Assembly (NCBI GenBank): GCA_040357565.1
Contig: JBDODJ010000122.1
Direction: 5' to 3' (one strand)
Source of the DNA: Cercozoa sp. M6MM
Lineage: Eukaryota > Protista > Endomyxa: Ascetosporea
DNA length: 33,754 bases
The notes under the pieces are model-generated. The model had not been told where the DNA came from. It made no database searches and saw only the letters and a program-made list of their open reading frames with translations. A program made the translations under genes and the position numbers. Below, piece after piece: positions 11,521-21,765 of the stretch; position 1 is the stretch's first letter; each line of letters begins with the position of its first letter.

Positions 11521-13020
11521 ATGCTGTTCGGGACAGTTCGTTACTTTTTGAAGAAAGGCGTCCTGGATGAATACGTTCGCGAGATTTGGTACTTGCGTGC
11601 GGACAAAGGGTCTGTGTGCACGTGCACTGGTACAGGCACATGAACTTGCCGCGCTTGCTGGTGAAACAGCGTACGTCGCCAAGTACGTCGCCAACGTTGT
11701 TTCGCTGTGTCCGCGTTTTGCACGAAGAGACAGAGTACAGACTGAGACAGTGTCTGGTGTGTGGTGTGCCAGCAGAGTACTGTGCTGAAACGTGTGTAGT
11801 ACAAGGCTAAAGACAGTGTACGAAAGACACCTGAGTGAACTCAATCACAAGGAGTCCTCGGCATGGCAAAAACTACTCGTAATTTACTTTTGAAACTGTC
11901 GCTATTGTCACAAGTTTAAGTTCCGTAGCGACGTCTCAGCAGTTCGGCCGACCGACTTCAGAAAAGCAGCGAACAGTCCAGCGACTTTGAAACCTCGGAT
12001 GTGCCGATCCTCGTGGTCGACAGTGCTGACGTAAATTGAGCCCAGCTGTATCAGTGTATACTGTCACGTGTATGAGGTCCCCTGTGTGTGTCAAACAGAC
12101 CGGAACTGAGTTCGTAGAGGCGCTGAATTCCGACTGTCCATTCAAGAAATACGTATGCTCACTCTCGTGTCTGGGATGATAATTTCTTTGTATTTTCCGG
12201 GCTGAATACGAGTGTAGCGCACCGTGATCGGTATGGACACCGAGTCGTTCCCGAGGCCGGTGCCGCTCTTTATGCGACAGTGCTCTCGCCATCACCGTAC
12301 TGCTGTTGCTTTTCTTCCCTCTTGTTTTCTTCCACTCTTGTATTCTTCCACTCTTTCCACTCTTTCCATCTTGTATTCTTCCACTCTTTCCATCTTGTAT
12401 TCTTCCACTCTTTCCATCTTGTATTCTTCCACTCTTGTATTCTTCCACTCTGGTGTGATTGTGTGGCTGACGCAGGACTGGGCAGGTCCGAGCAGCGAGC
12501 GCTGATCCCAGTGCCTGACGACTTGCAGGTCACTCCCCTGGCTCCATGATTCCAAGAGTCCAATGAGTCCGAGTGTATGTGTTGATGCTGTCTGAACGTG
12601 CGTGCAGTGGCTGCAAGTTGCAACGCCAAAGGCCGTGTTCCTCATCGATCTGCCTGGTACCTGACTGCTATATACAGACTGCAGGCAGATCGGATTGGGT
12701 CTGTGTGTACAACAGCACTGAAGAGACAACCGGCCGTGCGAAAGGTCGTGTCGGATTCACTGGCCAGTGTGCTGACTGATCCCTTGGTCCTCAAGGTACT
12801 ATGTGTAGTCAAGAGTCCGTCCCACTGTGCACTGTGTATGGATAAGAGTGCTCCTTGACTAGGTGGGCTTTGCCTTTGACGGCGACATGCACGAGCTCGC
12901 CTCGGTGCTGCCGTGCTTTGCAGTGGGCACGCCGATTCCGTCGCTCGCCGAACTCATGCCTCTGTCGGTAGTCTCGAGTGTTGCTACCCTGCAGACTAGT
13001 CAGACCGACACATACTGACT

Positions 13021-13056
<36 letters not shown>

Positions 13057-13218
13057 GTACAGGAGGTCCTTCCTGGCACGCTGGACGATGGCACCAAGGT
13101 GCGCGGTCTCTCCAAGGTCGCCATGCACGTGCTCGGTCGGTACCTTGTCTCTCTCTGTATGTGTGTATACATGTCTATGTTTATTTATCTATTTTTATTT
13201 CTATATTTATCTATTGTT

Positions 13219-13265
<47 letters not shown>

Positions 13266-13848
13266 TTTCTTTATTTTTTATTTATTTATTTAGATATATA
13301 TATATATATACTTGTAGACGGCTGGACAAGCATTGCCAGGTGAGCAACTGGTCGCGTCGACCGCTGCGCGACGACCAGAAGATGTACGCCGCCTTGGATG
13401 CGCTGGCTCCGGTACCAGAGTGTTTTCCGTACTGCCTGTGCTGTGTGTATCGATACTCTGGACTGTGCTGTGGTGTCCCGGGCAGGTCAAGGTGGCCATG
13501 CAACTCGAGCAGCGACGAGAGCACCTTGCTGCTCTGCTCGCCGCCTCTGACAAAACGCTGCCGACACTGGGCAGCATGACGAGCGACGTCGTCGTTGTCA
13601 TGGTACTCGATCCATCGGATCAACCTGTCTGGTTTCAGTCAGAGTCTTTAATTCAGCTTGTGTTGTGCCTTTGGTGACTGGAGTTTTTGCAGAAGGAAAA
13701 GAAGTCCAAGAAGAAGAACGCGAGCGACAATGAGAGCAGCCACAGTGCGCAGAACAAGCGCACCAAGCAGTCCAACCATGACGCCGAGCCAGAGGACTGG
13801 ACTTCGCAGAAACGCCGGCGCACTCGGGCGCCTGTCCCAGGCTGCTGA
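11521..13848 (+). CDS. DEDDy 3'-5' exonuclease, mut-7/EXD3/WRN-exo-like; start uncertain
   Basis: ExoI VIGMDTE; WLQVATPKAVFLIDL; ExoII LVLK/VGFAFDGDMHEL; GLSKVAMHVLG/RRLDKHCQVSNWSRRPLRDDQKMYAALDA (ExoIII YxxxD); basic C-terminal tail. TGA at 13846-13848. Confidence 0.9.
12312..12451. repeat. Intronic tandem repeat, 24-nt unit TCTTGTATTCTTCCACTCTTTCCA with partial units
   Basis: Read directly; lies inside an exonuclease intron. Confidence 0.9.
13220..13310. repeat. (TTTA)n then (TA)n intronic microsatellite
   Basis: Read directly. Confidence 0.9.
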
Positions 13849-14053
13849 TTCGTTACAGTAATATTTTTGCGTCGATTACTCAGCAGAAGCTCGAGTGGGC
13901 CACGTTGGCTTCCAGCCATCCAATAAATGCGGAACATGTCATGAGTTTCCGCGCGCGTTCCGGGCCTTCTGCACTCTTTGCTCGAACGTTCGCCAAACAA
14001 AACTAATCACCTGTCTTGTTAGTCCGTGTGTGTGTGTTTGCTACCCTAGAGCC

Positions 14054-15324
14054 ATGCAACTGTATCTGCAGATCGTAGACAACGAGGATCTTGTCTGTAG
14101 CATAGTTTTCTGGATTTTTTGTCCATGTCCCGGCAACATGCTGTGTCTTAGACGGCGATTCGCCGGCCGGCAAGGGACTCATTCCAATCGATAACTTTTC
14201 GTTCGGCTTGGGCCGCGCCTCGTCGATGGTACACTGTCACTATGTACTCGCGAGCCTGAATGTGGTCAGTATTGATCTCGACTCAGTCAGGAGATGCCGA
14301 GTACAGCGTGTCGTTCCCGTCATTGTCGGAAGTGGTAGTTGAGTCTCCCTTGACCCTCTCATACTGCCTGACCTCCCTTTTCTCGGGCAGTCGCTGTCAC
14401 GTGCGATGGACTCAAATTCGCGTCTGTTCATGTCGGGCTCTTTGCGACCCTCGGCGCAGGTAGCGTTTCTTGTGCTGTGTGACTGACCGGACTGACCTGT
14501 GACCTGACTGACTGATTGACTGACTGATGGTGCGAGTGCAGAGGAACCCCAACGCTGCCTACGGTCGCTTCGGACGGCGCAACAACGACGACGACGAGGA
14601 CGACTGGCAGCCGGACCCGGACTACGACACGCCGGCCGGCGTCGGCTTCCTCACCTTCCGCATCGTTGCTGTCGACGCACACGGCTCGCGTGTCTCGGAG
14701 ATCACGCTCAGTGTAGGCTCTACATGTCTGTGGATGTGTCTTTTTCTGTGTTTAGATATATGTATATATATATATATATATATATAATATGTATATATAC
14801 TGGTATACATGAGTATATATATATATATATATAGATATGATATGCATCTGCAGAAGGCCATGATCACGAGCTACAGTTTCCGAATGGACGAGGAAGAGGC
14901 CACCGAAAGCATCAGCATTGGTTTCAAGAACATTGCGCACGTAGCCTTGTCCTGTCTTCCTACCTTGCCTCTGCCTTGTCTGCCCCCGGCCCCCCCCCCC
15001 CCCGCCTCGGAGGAGGACTTCCCGTCGGAGAAGGCCGCCGTGGAGTACAACATCGACAAGAAGAACATGCTGCAGGCGGCCACACTCGCCAGTGTCGTGG
15101 TAGGACACACACACACACTTGGCATGTGTATGCATCGACACGCACACTCATTCCTGCACAGACCAAGTACGAAACCAACGACGAGTCCGAGGAGACCGCC
15201 GAAGAGGAGGCCCAGCTGCAAGAGACCGCTGGTACACTCGCTTCTCTTTCTTGCAGGGTGCTGTGTTGTGCCTGTGTCTGTGTCTGTGCCTGTGTCTACA
15301 CAACTGCCTTCAGAGGAACAGTGA
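14054..15324 (+). CDS. hcp: Hcp (type VI secretion / contractile-tail tube protein)-like protein, 9 exons, about 220 aa
   Basis: Exons 14054-14096, 14152-14228, 14287-14334, 14391-14459, 14542-14712, 14854-14940, 15013-15099, 15162-15231, 15314-15324 splice in phase to MQLYLQIVDNEDLVYGDSPAGKGLIPIDNFSFGLGRASSMSGDAEYSVSFPSLSEVSLSRAMDSNSRLFMSGSLRPSAQRNPNAAYGRFGRRNNDDDEDDWQPDPDYDTPAGVGFLTFRIVAVDAHGSRVSEITLSKAMITSYSFRMDEEEATESISIGFKNIAHEDFPSEKAAVEYNIDKKNMLQAATLASVVTKYETNDESEETAEEEAQLQETAEEQ*. It has the Hcp motif series in the correct order. Confidence 0.82.
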
Positions 15325-15708
15325 TCCGTACTAGGCCTTCCAATCGAATGTTAACTAAGTTGCACTGTCACCTGGACTCGCACAACTCCATTCGATCGAT
15401 GCGACGGCCGAATCAGTCGAATACTAGGGCAGGAATGGAAACGGAAACGACAGTCAATCGTCGTCTCAGTTGCGTAATTTTCATGTATTCTTGACGTAAT
15501 TGCCTGCTTAAAGGAGTCATATTTTGCGTATTTACGGCGTTATTCTGTCTCCGCGTAATTACGCCGCCAGAACGATCGCAGAGTGTTAGAAATCCACCTT
15601 CTTTAAACTACCAATAATTCACTCACTCCGAACACTCACCCTTTGAGTCCACCAAGTGCACAAAGCAAGGTACGCAGTAACCAACTAGGATGGTGCGAAT
15701 TAACGTAA

Positions 15709-16276
15709 CTACTGGCGCACCACAATGACCGGGACCTGCACGTGGTGCAGGATGTGGTCCGACACGGAGCCGAGCAGCGTGCGAGCCACGACGCCGCGGC
15801 CGCGCGTGCCGAGGATGAGCGTGTCGACCTTGTGCTTGTCGACCTCGAACATGATGGCGTCACGCGGGTCGCCCGACACCACCGTGGCCAGGTAGTGGAG
15901 GTGGTTCTCCTTGAGCAGCGCCGTGTACTTGTGGATCAGCACCTTGGCCTCCTCGACGGCGCGCGTGCGCACCTCCTGCAGCGCGTCATACACGGCGGCG
16001 GCACCGAGGCCGGCCCACGACGACGCCACGTCAATGTCGACGGCCGTCACCAGCACCACGAGGTCGCCCTCGCGCAGGTGGTTCTCGATGGCCCAGTGCA
16101 CGGCGCGCTCGGCGTGCTCGCTCGCGTCCACGGCGATCATGATCTTGCGCTGTGCATTGTCAGTGTTTGACTCGCACTACACACCATCATTGAAAGCGCA
16201 CTACCTTCGGCTCGAAGTGCACCGGGCGCTCGCTCTTGGTTTCGTGGTGACGCTCGGGCTGGGTGTCCTCGGGCAT
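15709..16276 (-). CDS. Universal stress protein (UspA domain), 2 exons
   Basis: Exon 1 16276-16205, exon 2 16149-15709. RKIMIAVDASEHAERAVHWA..GDPRDAI..LILGTRGRGVVARTLLGSVSDHILHHVQVPVIVVR; ATP-binding USP motif G-2x-G-9x-GS. TAG stop. Confidence 0.96.
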
Positions 16277-16762
16277 TTTGCTGCCACAACAACACAACCA
16301 AAAGCAAACATGGGACCCAACACTGGGCATGAAAACAAGACAACAACCACAAAAAGCAAAATAAGCGCAGTTGCAAGAGCCAAGCACTAAGAGCTAGCGG
16401 TGGTACCTACTGAGTTTTGGGATACTATAGTCGTACTGTGAGAGCGTTCTAACTGCCGAGGGCTGGACACGTGATGCTTTATTTTTTGGCGTTTCGCGTT
16501 TTCGGCACCCGACCCGTCCGTGTCGGATAGTTTTTCTGCCAACCGTTGGCACTCAGGGGTGACGGTTGCGTTTTGCTGCGCAGTACACTAGTGTGTTACC
16601 GCAGCCCTCTCTTGTTGGGTTGCTTCCGCGCGGATACAGTGGTTTATGCTGTAACAAGTGCACTGGAGCGAGTACCCGTTCTCTGATCACCCGTTAAGTC
16701 GTTAAACCGTAGTTGGGTTGTTACTAACTCGTATTTTTTTGCCGAACATTAGTGAGCGAAAT

Positions 16763-19700
16763 CTAAAAGACCACACGCACGGTAGTCGCCGGCGTTTTCT
16801 GCAGGAGTTGCTCCGTGTCCTGTTTGCCGTGGCCAAGTGCGTCGACGAACTGCGGCGGCGTGATGAAGTCGTTGCTGCCGAGAACGAGATCCACCTGTCT
16901 CTGCCTGTTGAGGGAGGTACTAAACAAACACAAACACTCGGATACAGAGGAGGGACGAACTCACTTTGCAAGAGCGAGCAACTCTCGCTTTTCCGAAAAG
17001 GTCAAGCCGCCCTGTGATAAAGCACACATCCTAGCAACATGACCTGACACAAAGAAAAGCTATACCTGCACAAAGACGATGAGTTTCGGCCGTCCTCCGA
17101 ACACATCGGCCACGTCGTTGGACGCCCTGTAAACCCATGTGATAACTCTACCCCTTTGTCACTCCACAAGACCAGACCTCAGTACCGGTCCTGCTGTCGG
17201 TTGCGACCGCGCTGAGCGACATGGCGAACCGACCTGCCTTTCGCTGAGCACAAAAAAAGGAAGTCAATGCCATACGGGACGAAGACAGCAGGAAAGCCAG
17301 CGTACACTCCTGTCGACGCTGGGCACGTCCGCGCATGTAATCGGCCGGCGGTGTCGGCGTGAGGAACGGAAACGCCGTGCGGTCCAGCTCGGCTGCAGTC
17401 CGCGCGGAAGGCACAATAAAGCAAAAACGAAAGGAAAGAATTAACGCAAGGAAGGCAATGAAAGGAGGAATTAAGGAAGGAATGAAGGAAGGAAATGGAA
17501 GATGAAAGGAAGGAATGAAGGAAAGAATGAAAGGAAGGATGAAAGGAAGGAATGAAAGGAAGGAATGAAAGGAAATGGAAGGAATGAAAGAAAAAGGAAA
17601 GGAAGGAAATGAAAGGGGAAAAAACAAGACACGAAAAGAACAAGAAGAAACGAGAACGCACAAGGAACGTGCTGCGACGGGTTGGGCGCATCGCCTTCGT
17701 TAATCTGTTCTCACACCGAAAGGCACACCCTTGATCCAAACAAAGAAGCTCAACAAGCGCCAAAACGAGCACACTCACCAGCGATTCAACGTACTCGCGC
17801 ACCTTGGGCACAAAGCGCATGAAGGTCAGCTCGCTCTGCTCGATGTGCTGCTGCACCGCTTCCTGCCCAAACAGAACAACACTCCGGGTTCATTGAAATG
17901 TCACAAGCACAAACACAATCACACGCAATTTAAAGAAGAACAAAGCAATTGCATAGACGCCAACAGTGACAGCACCAATGAAACCCACATCTCAAAACAA
18001 AAAAAAAAAAGCGAAATTGAAAAGCAAAAGGAAGCACGTGTACCACGCGCATGTCGGAAAAGTAGAGCGGATTGCGGTCAGCCAAGTCACGTCGCGTGTG
18101 CCTAAACTCGCAAACAAGCAGTCAAGAGTCGGCGAAATGAGCGGAAACGACGAAAGCAGAGAAACGCACAAACGACGCAGCTTGCTGAGGAAGCCACTTT
18201 TCTTCTCACCGCCATTGCTCGACTGAACATCACTCAGCGCACACCATGCTTGCTGGGTCCGAGAAGAAAGGTAAAGCTACACGAAGAGCGGCAGCGTCGC
18301 CGATGTTGCACCCGAGGTAGCGCAGATTCACGACAGCTTGTCGCTGCTGCGCCGACAAGGCAATGTTGCTGAACAGCGTCTGCTCGGAACAAACACAAAG
18401 AACTTGTGGCAAAAAAGGCACGAGTTAGTGCGAAACAGCGAACCTCAAGAATGGTAGTGTCGATGCCACCAGCAGCGCACACGTAAACCAGCAACAGACG
18501 CAACTTCAATGCGCTGTGCATGTCCTCCCGCATCACTGCAACAAAAACACCCATCCGCACGGATGCAGAAAAATACAGGAAATAAAAGTTACATTGACTG
18601 GAGAGCTGTTCTTGCGCCTTTGACAGTGGGATGCTACATAAAAATCAATCATACGGTGTTTTTAGCCCTCCTGGACAGTCTAAACGGGAAAGAAAACAGC
18701 AAAAAAGTACAATTGTGAGTATTCGTCGAAACCAGTGGCCAAATCTTGCTCCATGCGAGCTGCGCTGGCTAGTGGACCCTTCAAACCGTTTTAAAATGTC
18801 GAATAGGCAGCACACATAGCACACAAAGCTAGAAACATACCTCCTGGTCACGCACGAGATCGCGGATCCGCGCGGACAGGGTAGAGTGTAGTCCGAACAC
18901 TCGCATCTGCAGAAGTAAAATGATGCAAAGAGGAAAGCTGAGTGCGTGCAAAGAGGAAAGTTGAGTGCGTGCAAAGGCAAAAGCAGCTATCTTACCTGTT
19001 CGTAGTACTGTGGCAGTGCTTGGATAGCGTCCTACGAGTTGTGTACAAAATAAGGCGTTTTTTCGTGTTTTCAGTTTTTTCAATTGATTGTGAAACTTGA
19101 AGTTTTACCCGGAGATCGCGTGTTTCTCGTTTCTCCTTTCGTTGCAGTGCCACCTGTTGGAACACAGAGGTAAACGGGAAGGGAGAAAGGAGGTGAGGGG
19201 ATAAGGAGGGAAAGAAGAATACAGCAGCATTGGTTTCGATGAAGGTTTGCAGTCGCGCGTTGATCTCGCGAGCGGCCGGGAAGAAGTGCAGATCGCGCGT
19301 CGCCGCCCAGACCTCATCCTCCTCCTTGAGCATGATCTCGCGCAGCTCCTTGTTCTTTGCCTGCTGCTGACTACGCAGACATCAGGGTGTTTCAGGGAAG
19401 GGGTGAGGGCGGGGGCTAAAGCTTACCGTCGCGCGGGATCATCCGCACGCGGCACGAGTTCGCAGTTCTTGTTGACCAGGAAGTTCTGCGAGTTTGTCCC
19501 ACTTGTACCACTCTACTGTCCATTTGTCCATGTCCCACAGGACAGTCGATTTTGTACCTGGACACGTTCGCCGTCAAAGCCGAAGAAATCGGCAATGGCG
19601 GCCTCGTAGGCAAAGTCGTGCATTAGCGCTGCCAGTGGCATGGCCTGTCAGAGAGAGAACACACTCTAATAAACACTACCCACACAGGTACGGGTACAGG

Positions 19701-20098
19701 TACAGGTACAGGTACAGGTACAGGTACAGGTACAGGTACAGGTACAGGTAGGAAGGAGAGAGAGAGAGAGAGAGAGCTACCGTGCGATCCAGGATGAGCA
19801 GTGTCGCTCGCTTCTCCTTGACTGGCAGGTTGAGACTCTTTTGCTGGGCAGAGTAAGAGGGTAGGAAACACGCAGTGTGAGATGGGAGGGGAGGGGAGGG
19901 GGAGGGGGTAAAGGTACAGCGTGCGACAGACGGGCGTGCACGCGCTGCGCCAGAGCCTCGTTAAGCGAGCTGCTGCTGCAGTGGCGAATGTGCGGCGCCG
20001 CCTCCTGCAGAGCGACGCACAGTGCGGCGATGCGACTGGCGCTGTCGTCCAGCAGTGCCTCGACACTCATGCGACTGTCTGCAGGCACACGTGCTCAC

Positions 20099-20146
<48 letters not shown>

Positions 20147-20156
20147 NNNNNNNNNN

Positions 20157-20206
<50 letters not shown>

Positions 20207-21385
20207 TCACTGAGTGATCACCGAGTGATCACTGCACAAAGGTCACTGCAAAGGTACCATCAGCCTCACGTGCCGCCTGCGACACGTGCGGCAGGTACAG
20301 CGCCGCCGGTGTCCACGGCATCGGGTGGCCGCACACGAACACGCGCGGTTCCGCCTGTTAAAAAAAACTAGATTGTTGGACCGTTTGAAGGTTGTTGGAC
20401 AAGGTTGTTGGACAAGGTTGTTGGACAAGGTTGTTGGACAAGGTAGTAGTGGTAGTAGACAGGTGGTAAGGCAGGCTACGGCAATGAAGTCGCAGTAGGC
20501 GTCCTTGAGAGATGCGATGAAACGCGGCAGATACGCGTGCGATCGGATCATCTCGAACAGCTGGACATGACAACACCTTATCACTTTCAACCTTATCACT
20601 TTTACCCCCCCCCCCCCCGCCCCTCGCCTTGGTACCTCATCAGGCAGGTGGCACGAGAAAAACACGTGCGCACGACGGTACTTTGGCCTGCCCGAACAAC
20701 TCGGATTTGTGCAGTCAGTCAAACACAACTGGGAACTCTACTTGTCCTTCTTGTCGAAATCGGCGCACAGACGACGCACTGATGCCTGAGATAGCAAGGA
20801 GGGTAAGAGAGGGGGGAGGGTCAAAGAGGGAAGGGTCAAAATGTACCCTGGACGGAGTCAGCAGGTAGACGGCACCGCAGTCCATTCGCTCACGTTCGAA
20901 CTGAATGTCAACGGCCACGCCTGTCTCGAAAAGATATCACAGGCACGGGGGGGGTAAAAGGGGGGTAAAAAGGGGAAGGTAAAAGGGGAGATGAAGCAGT
21001 ATCTATACCAACACCGACAGCGTTGAGTTCGTGCATGCGCAGACACCTGTGCCCACACATCGCTCGCTTAAACAAACAAGCAAAGACAAACAAGCAAAAA
21101 CAAACAAGCAAAGACAAAAAACGAAAGGAAAAAGGGAGAAAGAGGGATTACGATGACACAGTTTTCACCGTGCGTTCGTCGACAACCTGTGCACATTGAA
21201 ACAGTCACACACGCTGTGTTAGATCAGGGAGGACCAGCTACCATCACAAGCATCTCATTGCGCCTCTTGCGGCACGGCGCAATCACATCCTCCAGCATGC
21301 CTGAACATTGACCCACTTGTTTCCTTTCCATCTCTATCTCTGAAAGGAAACTACGCTGTCGGAGAAGACGCTTGAGGTCGGTCAT
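16763..21385 (-). CDS. SEC1: Sec1/Munc18 (syntaxin-binding, SM family) protein, many exons
   Basis: [10 protein letters not shown] / RMLEDVI..MLVM / [12 protein letters not shown] / [12 protein letters not shown] / ..AVYLLTPS / [17 protein letters not shown] / ..[16 protein letters not shown] / KLRLLLVY / [11 protein letters not shown] / RPKLIVFVQ / [10 protein letters not shown] / [20 protein letters not shown] at 16763-16765. Motifs are collinear with Munc18/Sec1. Confidence 0.93.
17450..17620. repeat. Purine-rich (GGAA/TGAA)n degenerate intronic repeat
   Basis: Read directly; pyrimidine-rich on the Sec1 sense strand. Confidence 0.85.
19686..19750. repeat. (TACAGG)n hexamer repeat in a Sec1 intron; a degenerate version occurs at about 33400-33490
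   Basis: Read directly. Confidence 0.9.
20147..20156. other. Assembly gap (10 N) within (CA)n
   Basis: Run of N. Confidence 0.99.
20388..20444. repeat. Four copies of the 13-mer AAGGTTGTTGGAC in a Sec1 intron
   Basis: Read directly. Confidence 0.9.
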
Positions 21386-21765
21386 CTCCAAACGACACGT
21401 TTCCCAAATTGGCTCTTCGCGTTTGCCTAAAATAGCACTATAGTTCCAAGGTCGCTAAGCACACAAAATATGCACGAGCACACACTTAACAGGAAGACAG
21501 ATCCTCACCTGTGCTGGCTACTCAGGGTACAAAACCGATCACGGTCGGTACCAATCATCCATCAGTGGTTTTTCCGGTCATTTCTCCGAGCACTTTCGAC
21601 GACTTTTGCTGTCACGCGACGCTTGGGGGCACACGGCACTCTGGCGCCACCGCGGCTGCACCTAGAGCTGCACAGAGCACGTCGTGCAGCACGGGGCGCT
21701 CTCGGCCTTCTGAGGCGCATTTTTCTGGGTGTGTTTTCCGTCGGTTGGCGCGTTTTCGCCACGTG

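Noticed and set aside
12292-12451. Repeat ORFs such as (VEEYKMER)n and (SGRIQDGK)n, or a CRISPR-like array
   Set aside because: Translations of an intronic tandem repeat; there are no unique spacers.
15742-16390. Plus-strand ORFs of 142 and 159 aa
   Set aside because: Antisense shadows of the GC3-rich USP gene.
13849-21385. hcp next to Sec1/Munc18, USP and an exonuclease read as a secretion/effector operon
   Set aside because: These are ordinary eukaryotic genes on mixed strands. Adjacency in a eukaryote is weak evidence, and no other T6SS component is recognisable.
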